DNA of 64,000 nucleotides from Eledone cirrhosa (lineage: Eukaryota): contig OZ024764.1 in the NCBI GenBank assembly GCA_964016885.1, positions 16,120,001 through 16,184,000 on the forward strand. The letters are read 5' to 3'. The notes beneath the pieces are model-generated. The model saw only the letters and a program-made list of their open reading frames with translations. It had not been told where the DNA came from and searched no databases. Positions 1-12,332 of this stretch are shown piece after piece. The position numbers and the translations under genes were made by a program. Position 1 is the stretch's first letter. Each line of letters starts with the position of its first letter.

Positions 1-114
1 CTGGTACTTTATTTTATCGACCCCGTAAGGATGAAAGGCAAAGTTAACCTATATAGAGAGAGATAGAAATGGCTTCTACAGGACTAGAACTGTTTCATTC
101 GAAGGAAATCATCA

Positions 115-167
115 GGGATTTCCTGATGATTTCTCTCGAATGAAACAGTTCTAGTCCTGTAGAATCC
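115..167 (+). ncRNA. Hammerhead-like motif within a foldback (63-175)
   Basis: GGATTTC-CTGATGA-TTTCTCTCGAAT-GAA-ACAG..CTGT-A-GAATCC; U-U at the first stem II pair; mirror copy on the minus strand. Confidence 0.5.
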
Positions 168-289
168 ATTTCTATATTAAATCTTATATATATATATACT
201 AAAGTATATAGTATATATAGTAACTATACTATCTATTGAGTACTTTACTTACTGTGGTGACCCCCGATTGAACACGGAACTCACGCACA

Positions 290-337
<48 letters not shown>

Positions 338-546
338 GAGTGGTTAGTGAATTGGATTGGCAATCGTGAGGTTGTGAGTTCGATTCCTGGACCAGGAGCA
401 AGACACTTTATTTTCCGTTGCTCCTTCTACCTGGAGTTGCCACTGATAGATAGTATTAGCAATTGGAAAGACCAGTGGAAACATTCCTTCCTCAATCCGA
501 TTTGACAAAAGTCAATCGATCCTTTATATATCATCATCACCATCAT

Positions 547-827
547 CATCAGGAACCCAGTCAACGTTTGGTAGAGTCAGTTTCATACACAGATCAATCA
601 AATGGGCTACTTTCATTAACCCTTTAGCCTTTAAACCGACAATATTCGGCCAGAATTCTCTCACCTCCTCCTGTACAAACCGGCTGTAACTGGCGACTCA
701 TACAGATGTTAAGCACTGCGGGATTTAGGACAAATGAGGCCCTGTGTTAGTTAAGTTATGAGACCTCTTACTTGGGCCCTGAAGGAGGGAAAAAAAAATT
801 TGGCAGGTAAATGGCTCCCCTGGCCAA
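547..827. repeat. ~280-bp inverted duplicate of 14086-14366
   Basis: Reverse-complement match with few mismatches, including the junctions between a MITE end and its flanks. Confidence 0.9.
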
Positions 828-1969
828 ACCCACGCTTGCATGGGTTTGGACGGGGGTTTTCCCACTTGAGGCAAGAGTGATTGTCTTGCTCGCATAGGAC
901 TGTCTGGCGGGTCTTCTACAGCTGGATGCCCTTCCTAACACCAACCACGTTTACAGTGTGGGGCTGGGAGGTTTTTACCGTGTTGCCTACACGGCCACAT
1001 TACAGCGTGGACTGTCTGGCGGGTTTTCTACAGCTGGATGCCCTTCCTAACACCAACCACGTTTACAGTGTGGTTACATATATATATATATATAACTCAT
1101 AGTCCACGCTGTAATGTGGCCGTGTAGGTAACACGGTAAAAAGCTCCCAGTCCACACTGTAAATGTGGTTGGTGTTAAGAAGGGCATCCAGCTGTAAAAA
1201 ACCTGCCAGATAGTCCTATACGAGCGAGACACGGTCACCCGACCAACCTTGCCTCAAGTGGCACAACTCCCGTCTAACCCATGCTAGCGTGGAAGATGGA
1301 CGTTAAATGATGGTGATGATTATATATATATATATACACTCACATACATATACATATGGTCTCAAACAGCATATTATCTGCCTTTCAACTTGAGAGAAAA
1401 ACCCTTTGTAGTTAGTAACAGCAGTAGCTCCCCAAACTTTTTCCATCTCGTTCTCACTTGGGCTACAGTATTTCAGAACACCAATCTTCTCAGTTAGGCT
1501 ACAGTACTTCAGATCACCAATCTTCTCAGTTAGACTACAGTACTTCAGAATACCTAAGTAACAGAAGCTATCAACTACTACATTTAATATAGCCTGTTTT
1601 CTGTAAGTGGTCGTGTAGGTGTCATGACAAAAAACACCCATCCCACACTGTAAAGTGGTCGTGGAGGTGTTATGACAAAAAGCACCCAGCCTACACTGTA
1701 AAGTGGTCGTGGAGGTGTCACGGCAAAAAGCACCCAGTGCTCACTGTAAAGTCGTGTAGGAGTCACGGCAAAAAGCACCCAATACTCACTATAAATGTGG
1801 TTGGCATTAGGAAGGGCATCCAGTTGTAAACCAGCCAGAAATAGTCCTTTATGAACGAGACACAGTCACCCAACCCAACTTGCCTCAAATGAGACAAACC
1901 CGTCTAACCCACGCTAGCGTGGAAAGTGTATGTTAGTGGATGATGGTGATGATGATATATGTATATATA

Positions 1970-3127
1970 GTATCCAGAATAAGGATGGGTTGGAAGAAGT
2001 TTAGGGATTAGGGAGCTGCTTCCTCTGTTGACAAAGAAGGGTTTATATGATACCTGAGTCAGATGCGCAATGCTGCATGGTGGTGAGACATGGACAGGAA
2101 CTGCAGAGGATATGTGACGGCTGGAGAGAAATGAAGCAAGCATGCTCCAATGGATGTGCAATGTCAATGTGCGTGAACAACCAAGCATGGATGAGTTGAG
2201 AGAGAAACTGGGTATAAGAGGGATAAGTTGTGGTGTGCAGGAGAGAAGACTGAGATGGTATGGACATGTGATGTATTGAGAAAGAAACTGTGTAGAAGGA
2301 TAAGTTGTGGTGTGCAGGAGAGAAGACTGAGATGGTATGGACATGTGATGTGTTGAGAGAGAAACTGTGTATAAGAGGGATAAGTTGTAGTGTGTGGGAG
2401 AGAAGACTGAGATGGTATGGACATGTGATGTGTTGAGAGAGAAACTGTATAAGAGGGATAAGGTGTGGTGTGCGGGAGAGAAGGCTGAGATGGTATGGAC
2501 ATGTGATGTGTTTAGAGAGAAACTGTGTATAAGAGGGATAAGCTGTGGTGTGCAGGAGAGAAGACTGAGATGGTATGGACATGTGATGTGATGTGTTGAG
2601 AGAGAAACTGTATAAGAGAGATAAGTTGTGGTGTGCGGGAGAGAAGGCTGAGATGGTATGGACATGTGATGTGTTGAGAGAGAAACTGTGTATAAGAGGG
2701 ATAAGTTGTGGTGTGTGGGAGAGAAGACTGAGATGGTATGGACATGTGATGTGTTGAGAGAGAAACTGTATAAGAGGGATAAGTTGTGGTGTGCGGGAGA
2801 GAAGGCTGAGATGGTATGGACATGTGATGTGTTGAGAGAGAAACTGTATAAGAGGGATAAGTTGTGGTGTGCGGGAGAGAAGGCTGAGATGGTATGGACA
2901 TGTGATGAGCATGGAAAATGACTGCTGGGTAAAGAAGTGCCAAGAAATCCCAGTAGAAGGAAGTCCACAAAAAAAAATGGGCAGACGTGGTGAGAGCTGA
3001 CCTCAGATTGCTGAAGCTAACAGAGCAGATAACAAAATACTGTGATGAATGGAGAGATGCCATGCTTAATAAGACCCGTCCCACCCTTGCAAGCAGGGAA
3101 AAACGGACGTAAAATGATGATGATGAT
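1970..3127 (+). mobile_element. RTE LINE 3' fragment containing an ~80-bp tandem array (2195-2908, ~9 copies)
   Basis: Homologous to 27320-27800; repeated unit encodes LREKLCIRGISCGVQERRLRWYGHV; (GAT)n tail. Confidence 0.85.
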
Positions 3128-3171
3128 GTGTCTTTATCATTCTATCTGTCTTTCTATCTATATCTCTCTAT

Positions 3172-3619
3172 GGTGAAAGAAGTTATATGGTGGACGAGGT
3201 TGAGAGGACTGAGGACAGATGCCTTTCTCTCCGGACAACAATTGATTCCCTTCTTTAAGTATCACTTTAGAAGGAGAATCAGGGTGGAGAGAGAGGCACT
3301 GCACCCCAGTAAATTTACTGAAAGGTGGGTGAATGAAGCGAAAATGGCCCGAGTGATTGGGCCTTCTCTGTTTATAAGCCTGTAGGTTGAGGAAGAGAGC
3401 AAAAGGAAGAAAGGAGCACTTGCACAACACGCTCCTCGAGTTGAGGGTTGTTCTATCGACGGGGTATTAAACAACCCATTTGTGGCGCCTCCCCCCTATT
3501 GAGGATTTCGATTGTTGAAATTGTTTGTTTTTATATTTTTTACACGACTGTATGTAAAATCCCCGGCATGTCTTTGTATTGTCCCCTTTCTTGTTGCGCC
3601 CTTGTGGCTAATAAAGAAA
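3172..3619 (+). mobile_element. 5'-truncated L1/Tx1-like LINE with 19-bp target-site duplication
   Basis: TSD tctatctatatctctctat at 3153-3171 and 3620-3638; KEVIWWTR..FFKYHFRRRIRVERE..FTERW resembles a Tx1 ORF2 C-terminus; AATAAA at 3610. Confidence 0.65.
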
Positions 3620-3684
3620 TCTATCTATATCTCTCTATATATCTTCTATTTCAGCTTGGAAGGAAACGGTACAAAACTACAGAG

Positions 3685-3738
3685 ATGGCGGATGATTTTG
3701 ATGTGGAAGCTATGCTGGAGGCTCCGTATAGGAAAGAA
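3685..3738 (+). CDS. RBM39: RBM39/CAPER-like splicing factor, first coding exon (exon starts at 3655 with 30 nt of 5'UTR)
   Basis: Translates MADDFDVEAMLEAPYRKE, matching the conserved RBM39/RBM23 N-terminus (human RBM39 MADDIDIEAMLEAPYKK). Acceptor tcttctatttcag ends at 3654; donor GAA|gtaagc at 3739; phase 0. Confidence 0.93.
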
Positions 3739-3769
3739 GTAAGCACAATAACAACAATAATTATATCTT

Positions 3770-3910
3770 TGGGACATTGTGGTGTGGTGTAGGAAGGGAT
3801 ATTGTGGTGTGGTGTAGGAAGGGATATTGTGGTGTGGTGTAGGAAGGGATATTGTGGTGTGGTGTGGTGTAGGAAGGGATATTGTGGTGTGGTGTAGGAA
3901 GGGATATTGG
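3770..3910 (+). repeat. 25-bp G-rich minisatellite, ~5 copies
   Basis: Unit attgtggtgtggtgtaggaagggat, just downstream of the first coding exon's donor. Confidence 0.9.
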
Positions 3911-4082
3911 TCCCAATAAATGTGAAATATAGGCACAGCTGTGTGTGAGGGTGTTTTGACTAAAAATGGATCAGTTTACAATAAGAATAGGGACCATTAA
4001 TATTTAAAGGTACCATTGGAGAGACTTGGGGACACCTCACACATAGCCCCTGTCCTTCACTGTCCAGTTGCTATAATAAACC

Positions 4083-4690
4083 AAAGAGGGACCACATAGT
4101 ATGTCTTGGGGACACTTTACACACGGCCCCTCTCCTTTCACTTTCCAAAGAGGGACCACATAGTATGTCTTGGGGACACTTTACACACGGCCCCTCTCCT
4201 TTCACTTTCCAAAGAGGGACCACATAGTATGTCTTGGGGACACTTTACACAAGGCCCCTCTCCTTTCACTTTCCAAAGAGGGACCACATAGTATGTCTTG
4301 GGGACACTTTACACACGGCCCCTCTCCTTTCACTTTCCAAAGAGGGACCACATAGTATGTCTTGGGGACACTTTACACGGCTCCTCTCCTTTCACTTTCC
4401 AAAGAGGGACCACATAGTATGTCTTGGGGACACTTTACACACGGCCCCTCTCCCTTCACTTTCCAAAGAGGGACCACATAGTATGTCTTGGGGACACTTT
4501 ACACACGGCCCCTCTCCCTTCACTTTCCAAAGAGGGACCACATAGTATGTCTTGGGGACACTTTACACAGCTTCTCTCCCTTCACTTTCCAAAGAGGGAC
4601 CACATAGTATGTTTTGGGGACACTTTACACATAGCCCCTTTCCTTTCACTTTCCAAAGGGGGACTACATAGCCCCTCTCCCTTCACTGTC
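4083..4690 (+). repeat. 64-bp minisatellite, ~9 copies
   Basis: Unit aaagagggaccacatagtatgtcttggggacactttacacacggcccctctcctttcactttcc. Confidence 0.93.
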
Positions 4691-6419
4691 CAGTTGCTCT
4701 GAAAAACCAAAGGCAGTGCCTTCTCCATTTTTTTTTTACCAGCCTATAGTTGTCTAAATTGAGACTGGTTACTATGGGGACCTTGGAAAGCTAGATCCTA
4801 TTTGAGGTTTAGAGACAAGGTTTGTCACCACCTTACAGCAAACCCCAACTGGGAGTAGAGGAAGTGTTTGTCACCACTTTACAGCAAACCCCAAACTGGG
4901 AGTAGAGGCAGTGTTTGTCACCACGTTACAGCAAACCCCAACTGGGAGTAGAGGCAGTGGGGGAGTATATTTACTTGGTTGGGTTAGCAATAATTATCTG
5001 GAAAGTTTTTAATAGCAGGAGAAGGGACAGGAATTCTTCTTGTCCTAAAAACAAGTTAAACCTTAACAAAACACAACAGGAGGCCCCTTAGCCACACAGA
5101 AATAAGAACATAGAATGCTTCCCACTCCAGGAACACAGCTGAACCTGGTGATTGCAGCAGGGCAGTGGTTCTTATAGTGAGTTCTGCAGAACCCAAGGAT
5201 TCTGCAAACGAGTCTCTGGGGTCCATGAAAAGGGGTAGAGGAGTATATTTATATTATGACCATATAACAGTATTAGACTTTGGGGTTTCCCCAGAAGTTT
5301 CTGAACCTGAAAGGGATCCAAGTTTGGGAAACCTTGCAGTAAAGATTAACAACTTGCATGAACAGTCAATTTTCAACTTTGATTTTCAAGGAATTGGATG
5401 GATTTAATAACATAACTAACTTGTGTGTTTGGAACATAACTTAACAAAGGTTCTTACATAAAATTATCATGGAATGATTTTTTATAAATGAAAACACTTT
5501 AACCCTTTCATTACCATATTTCTAATGAAAGACACTGTTGGTGTTTTAAACATAACTTAACAAAGGTTGTTACATAAAATTATGATGGAATGTCTTCAGA
5601 TAAATATAAGCACTTTAACCCTTTCATTACCATATTTCTAATGAAAGACACTGTTGGTGTTTGGAACATAACTTAACAAAGGTTGTTACATAAAATTATG
5701 ATGGAATGTCTTCAGATAAATATAAGCACTTTAACCCTTTCATTACCATATTTCTAATGAAAGACACTGTTGGTGTTTGGAACATAACTTAACAAAGGTT
5801 CTTACATAAAATTATGATGGAGTGTTTTTCGACACATGCATGGTCACCTCTCCAACTCATGCCAGTATGAAAAGTGGATGTCGAATGATGACATGTATAT
5901 ATACATTTACTCACATAGATACAAACACAGAGATTTAATAGATAATGCTTTTGTCTGTCATTGAGAAACTCATACTCTACTTGCATATTATATCTTATCT
6001 GATGGTGGGGGTGGTGGTGTATTGGTTTAGTGGTGATGGTGACTTCAGTATTGGGGTTCTGCTCTACTTAATAGTTAATTAGAGCAGGATCGTATTTTAC
6101 TGGTGTGAACTGAGTCAGTTTGTTTCATTGTTTTAACCCTTTAATGTTCAAACCGGCCAGAATTCTCTACCCTTTTCTGTTGAAACTGGCTGTAACTGGT
6201 CACTCAAACTGATAAGGTATTGTTCTCAAAATAAATACTTTCAAAATCTCATAGATTCGATATTATGTAAGATAATTATGTGAGGTAAAGCCTTTACTGA
6301 AAATACAATAGTATATATAGAGTAATGTAAATGTCATGTGAGATAATTATGTAAGATAAAGCCTTTACCATGAAAATATAATAGTATATATAGAGTAATG
6401 TGAATACTAAAGGGTTAAT

Positions 6420-7020
6420 GTCTGCTTTCCCAGCTAGCCACAGTTGTACAGGTCTACACAGACCAAGTCTGTACTGAAGAGGGGCGGCTGACCTCCCAGG
6501 CAGGTCAAGGTGTCTATATCCAGCTTAGATAGTCTTCTTGTGTCCACAACAGTGTCAGTTGCAAAGCTTGGCTAGATGTGGTTCCGCCACAGCTCAACAC
6601 ACTGCTGTCCTTTCTCATTAAACTCTGCCAAGTCCAATACTGTGCAGGGTTGTTCCAGCAGGGAACATATCAGGAGGTGCTGTGTAGTCTGTGGTTCGAT
6701 GCTGCAGTTACATACAATGTCCCCATCCTTTAAATATCCCCGTTTTGCAAGAGTGACTTTTGCATGTCCAACACCAAATCTTAGTCTGTTTAGGCATTTC
6801 CACACTGCATAGTTTGTATCTGCTCCAGGGGGGGCAGTGCCTCGCTAGCCTTTAGCTCCAGGGGGGAAGTGCCTCACTCACCTTTAGCTCCATTGTTGTT
6901 ACAGATGGGAGGTTGTTAAGTTTTTCTTCCCAGCAAGTGACTTTCTCACTACTTATGTTTGATGTTCCAAGGGGCGTGACACTCTTTAGGAAACTTTTCC
7001 CGGATTTACAGTCATGTCAT
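6420..7020 (-). mobile_element. Non-LTR retrotransposon 3' end (Ingi/Vingi-like)
   Basis: WKCLNRLRFGVG..CNCSIEPQTTQHLLICS C-terminal zinc-knuckle motif; same family as 29275-30195. Clade assignment from memory. Confidence 0.7.
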
Positions 7021-8408
7021 TTGTTTGGTAAGCCTTCTATAACTAGTTGCCCTTCCTATCACCAACCACTTTACAGGGTGTACTGGGTGCTTTTATCGTA
7101 TAGATCACCAACACTAGAGAGGTTGTCATTTTTTTGATTTAGCTTAAGAGTTCTCCCAACCCATGTTTGACAAGCTTTTTATGTCTGGTTGCCTTACCTA
7201 TCACCAACCACTTTACAGGGTGTACTCGGTGCTTGTCCTTGCAGTCTCAGTTTAAGTACTGCCAAAGTCAATTTGAATGTCACACCATGGTCTTTAGATG
7301 AGATGACTCACACACACACACACACACACACAAACATTATCACCATTTTATGCAGGTCTTAGAGAAGGTGCGTGGCCTAGTGGTAACAATCATAATGTTG
7401 TTGGTTTGATTCTTGGATTGGGTTGTGTGTTTTGTTCTTGAGAAAAACACTTCATTTCATGTTGTTCCAGTAAACTTAGCTGAAAATGAGTACCAGCAAT
7501 AAGCTGGGGGTTTAACCCTGCAATGGACTGGCATCCTGTCCAGGGGAAAGTCTTGTGCTCTCAGTCACTTCACCCCACGAAACCAGGATAAGTACCAGCA
7601 ATAGCTGGGGGTTTAACTCTGCAATGACTGGCGTCCTGTCCTTCGTTCTTTCTTGTACTGCAAGTGCAAAAAGGAAGACTTATTTCCAAGCCAAGCTTTG
7701 TAGGTCTCCTTCTTTGTTCGGATGGCATCTTTGACCACACATAGAGAGATAAGAAGCCCTAAACTGCTGTCCATGTTTGTCAATAGTGACAAAGGTGTTT
7801 TTAAAGATAACATTGATTCCCCCGTTTGGTGGAGAGGCAATAAAGGGAACCCTATATATTGCTTGTTCCCTTTTTAAACTTGACAGCCTGCTGTAGCTGC
7901 CTGTTTATCTAGTAACACAGCCCCAAGACCAGACAGGACTTTAGTGACAGGGCACAGACAAACAGCCTATCACTGACAGAGCCGAAGCTGCTAAACACTC
8001 CTCATATGTTGAGAATGATGGGAGGGGCCTTCATATATATATGTATCATCATCATCATCATCATCATACGTCTATTTTTCCACGCTTGCATGGGTTGTCA
8101 CGTTTTGTTCATACAGATTTGTATTTTGGTTCGGTTTCTATACTTGGATGCCCTTCCTAACACCAACCACATTAGAGTGTGGACAGGGTGGGTTTTTTTT
8201 TTTTTGTCACCAGCATGACCACATTACTGGGTGGACTGGGTACTTTTTGTCATGTCACCAGCATGACCGATTTACTGGGTGGACTGGGTACTTTTTGTCA
8301 TGTCACCAGCATGACCGATTTACTGGGTGGACTGGGTACTTTTTGTCGTTGCCACCAGCATCACTGATTTACAGGGTGAAGTAGGTACTTTTATTGTGGC
8401 ACCAGATC

Positions 8409-8453
<45 letters not shown>

Positions 8454-8881
8454 CGTGTGTGTGTGCGCGCGCGTGTGTGTATATACAATGTATATACATC
8501 ATGTGTTATAGAAAATATCTTTTTCAAAATTAAGAAAATAAATTTTTCTCTATGATAAATACAACTCATAATTTTGTGATGACCCAGGTTCATTAGTATA
8601 TCCTGGCTTTGTCTCTTTTTATTTTGTTATATCTTAACATGCACTGGAACGAAGAGTATCAACTTTAATGAACCAAAACTGTAGTGATTTCTAGAGGTTG
8701 ACTGGGGAAATGGGACTTTCCGTATTTTTTTTCTGTTTTTTTTTCCCCCGTTGTCTTTGTCCTGTGCGCCCCTTATTTTGAATTTATATATTATATATAT
8801 GTATATATATATATATATATAATGATTACAATAAATACAAAAGTGACTGAAGTTCAAGTAATTTTCAATTCTTTTTTCCAG

Positions 8882-8903
8882 ATGTCCTTATTCAAACACT
8901 GGA
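8882..8903 (+). other. Candidate 22-nt frameshifting micro-exon of RBM39
   Basis: attttcaattcttttttccag|ATGTCCTTATTCAAACACTGGA|gtgagt in non-repetitive sequence; inclusion gives TGA in the next coding exon. Confidence 0.45.
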
Positions 8904-8977
8904 GTGAGTGTAGTTAAGGCCATGAGTGACGTTACTCACACACCCACAGCTCCTTTTACTACCACCAACTTAACCGT

Positions 8978-9008
<31 letters not shown>

Positions 9009-9155
9009 CCCCACTGTGTGTGTGTGTGTGTGTGTTCTTGTTTTGCTTTCTATTTATTCAGATCTCCCCCCCTCCAACTTCTCCCCCACCCAGTCACCAT
9101 TGTCACAATTCACACATTTAAATCTGGTTTGAATTAACTCGGTTAGTACTAGGGT

Positions 9156-9193
<38 letters not shown>

Positions 9194-9513
9194 ATTATAT
9201 AGCAAAGAAAAAAAAAAAAAAAAAAAAGGCAAACAACCCCAAAAGGATAATTGTCGAAAAATTATAGGAAAGGAAAGAGCATTCATGCAGTTTTCTCATT
9301 TATTGAGGGTTGATATATCAACTGTGGCCTGTGTCGTATTATCAACCCTGATATATCAACGTCGCAGTCGGAGCTATAAGGGTTAATGACGATAAAATGG
9401 TACTCTTGAAACATTCCATTAACCTCCTAGCCTCCTGTTCTCTATTTCTGTCTATATATCTCTCTCCCCGCCCCCTCCATTTTAAAGGTTGTTCAGGTGT
9501 TCATTTATTGCAG

Positions 9514-9533
9514 GTGCCGATTAAATCCTAAAG
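9514..9533 (+). other. Candidate poison exon of RBM39 (alternative starts at 9488 and 9497)
   Basis: Perfect donor AAG|gtaagt at 9534; pyrimidine tract 9421-9483; three tandem AGs. The 20-nt form reads VPIKS-TAA; the 37- and 46-nt forms frameshift. Confidence 0.55.
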
Positions 9534-9754
9534 GTAAGTATGTCACTAATAGCCACTCTGATATATGTTCCTACTACTACTACTACTACTATCCAGGTTA
9601 TACCTCTGCTGTCAATAAGGATGGGGCTATCTGTAGCCAACGATAATGAAGTATAGCCCCCAGCTGTGCTTATTAGGGTCATATGATTCATTACAACTCT
9701 CTCCTGTTGTTTTCTTCTCTCAGTTTATGTTCAGGGGTCAACTTCCACGAAGGT

Positions 9755-10426
9755 CAACTTTCCCCTTTTCGTTGTTCCAGGGTCAGTAAAATGACCAGTT
9801 GAAAAGTGGGGTTATTTTAGTCAATTTTTCCCCTTTTCGTTGTTCCAGGGTCAGTAAAATGACCAGTTGAAAAGTGGGGTTATTTTAGTGAACTTTCCCC
9901 CTTTTCGTTGTTCCAGGGTCAGTAAAATGACCAGTCGAGAAGTGGGGTTATTTTAGTGAACTTTCCCCCTTTTCGTTGTTCCAGGGTCAGTAAAATGACC
10001 AGTCGAGAAGTGGGGTTATTTTAGTGAACTTTCCCCCTTTTCGTTGTTCCAGGGTCAGTAAAATGACCAGTCGAGAAGTGGGGTTATTTTAGTGAACTTT
10101 CCCCCTTTTCGTTGTTCCAGGGTCAGTAAAATGACCAGTCGAGAAGTGGGGTTATTTTAGTGAACTTTCCCCCTTTTCGTTGTTCCAGGGTCAGTAAAAT
10201 GACCAGTCGAGAAGTGGGGTTATTTTAGTGAACTTTCCCCCTTTTCGTTGTTCCAGGGTCAGTAAAATGACCAGTCGAGAAGTGGGGTTATTTTAGTGAA
10301 CTTTCCCCCTTTTCGTTGTTCCAGGGTCAGTAAAATGACCAGTCGAGAAGTGGGGTTATTTTAGTGAACTTTCCCCCTTTTCGTTGTTCCAGGGTCAGTA
10401 AAATGACCAGTCGAGAAGTGGGGTTG
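9755..10426 (+). repeat. 68-bp minisatellite, ~10 copies, SINE-1 derived
   Basis: Unit aactttcccccttttcgttgttccagggtcagtaaaatgaccagtcgagaagtggggttattttagtg. Confidence 0.93.
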
Positions 10427-10952
10427 TCAACATTCTCTTCCCCTAAATGGTTGATGTTGATTCATTACTTAAATGGTGTCATTGATTTGTGTGAAAAATG
10501 TGTTGAACTACAAACTAAAATGGGTGAATTTATGGGGTTTTAAAAAGAAATTATTAGTGTTTTTTTTGTTTGTTGTTGTTTGGCAAATGGTTTGATCTGA
10601 GGCCCATGTTTTGAAACTGAAGCAGTGAGATGGTGGAAGGGACTAGCTCATGAAAGAGGGCTTTAGTTCACTCCCAGAAGAACTGACTTTGACTGCAACG
10701 ATACATTCAACCCATGACAGCATTGAAAACTGACTTACAACAATGTTTTAACCATTCGAAATGTTCATGGCTCTCTTTGCAACCTGGTCACACATACAAT
10801 TCCACTGTACCTCTGAAAATATCGGCAGATACCAGAAAATGGATATAAGCTTTTAGGTTGTTATTTTTGTTGAGTTATCACAGTCCATGACAAGATGGGG
10901 TGGATATCAAAATCTTTTAAAAGATGTTCATATGCATACATATATAAGTATG

Positions 10953-10996
<44 letters not shown>

Positions 10997-11205
10997 AAAG
11001 ATAACATGGAGAATTGGTTACTCCTTCATTACATTTATTGGTTGGTGACACGTGTTTCACCACTGATCAGCTCAAGGTTTGATCTGTATCGATCTTACCC
11101 GACTCTGTAATCTGCGGCTTGACGGACCCCTTGAAATGCTGAAGTGAACCTCAACATCGAGTGCTCACCCGGGTGAACCTACAGTAACTCCAAGTTACAC
11201 TCCCT

Positions 11206-11247
<42 letters not shown>

Positions 11248-12332
11248 GTGTATATATAGAGTATTACTGTCTTAATACTCCTCTAGTGTTGTTATTACTT
11301 AACCCTTTAGCATTTAAACTGGCTGTATTTGGTCAGAATTCTCTCACCTCTTTCTGTTCAAACTGGCTGTAACTGGCCATTCATACTGATGTTAAGGTAT
11401 TGTTCTTAAAATAAATACTATCAACAAAATTTCATAGATTCGATATTATATATGGTAAAGCCTTTACTGTGACAATACAATAGTATATATAGAGTAATGT
11501 AGATGTTATGCGAGATATTATGTGAGGTAAAGCCTTTACTGTGAAAATACAATAGTATATATAGAGTAATGTAAATGTTATGTGAGATATTATGTGAGGT
11601 AAAGCCTTTACTGTGAAAATACAATAGTATATATAGAGTAATGTGAGATATGTGAGGTAAAGCCCTTACTGTGACAATACAATAGTATATATAGAGTAAT
11701 GTAAATGTTATGTGAGATATTATGTGAGGTAAAGCCTTTACTGTGAAAATACAATAGTATATATAGAGTAATGTAAATGCTATGTGAGATATTATGTGAG
11801 GTAAAGCCTTTACTGTGACAATACAATAGTATATATAGAGTAATGTAAATGCTAATGGGTTAAGTCAACTTAAGGCTTCAGCTTTTTTATCTGGTAGGGT
11901 AAAGATATATTTTCTAGATTAGCTTCAACATACAAATTCATGTTGTATCATCTTAGTGTTCATTGCAATTACTTCTCTGGTCTCTCTGTTACCTGGGACT
12001 ATCTACTGTCACCCCCTCCCTAATTTACTGTAAATCTCTGGTCACCTGTGACTATATTCTGTCATCCCAATTTAAGCAGTCACCTTTGCTCTATATTTGT
12101 AGCGGTGTCATCAGCATCTTGTTAATTCTGTTGATAAAGATGTTTTTTTGTTTTTTTTCATGAGAATTTTTCCATTGATTAGCCTAGTATCACTGACAGC
12201 GAGTAAGACAAGGCAATGAGTAGGTGAGGATGGTGGAAATAGAACCAGTGAGGAATGAGATGGTTGGGTCATGTGTGGAGAAATTCTTCAGTGAAATAAT
12301 GACTTTACTGATAGAAGTCTTAACCCTTAACC

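Noticed and set aside
334-430. tRNA gene
   Set aside because: tRNA-like head continues into a multi-copy SINE body; no full cloverleaf.
3448-3684. N-terminal extension of RBM39 implied by ORF 3448-3792
   Set aside because: Upstream part is LINE 3'UTR, intron and 5'UTR; the conserved protein starts at ATG 3685.
4083-4690. CRISPR-like appearance of this and other arrays
   Set aside because: Head-to-tail units without unique spacers, eukaryotic context, no cas genes.
9615-9676. SECIS element
   Set aside because: Intronic, and lacks the correctly placed AUGA/GA quartet.
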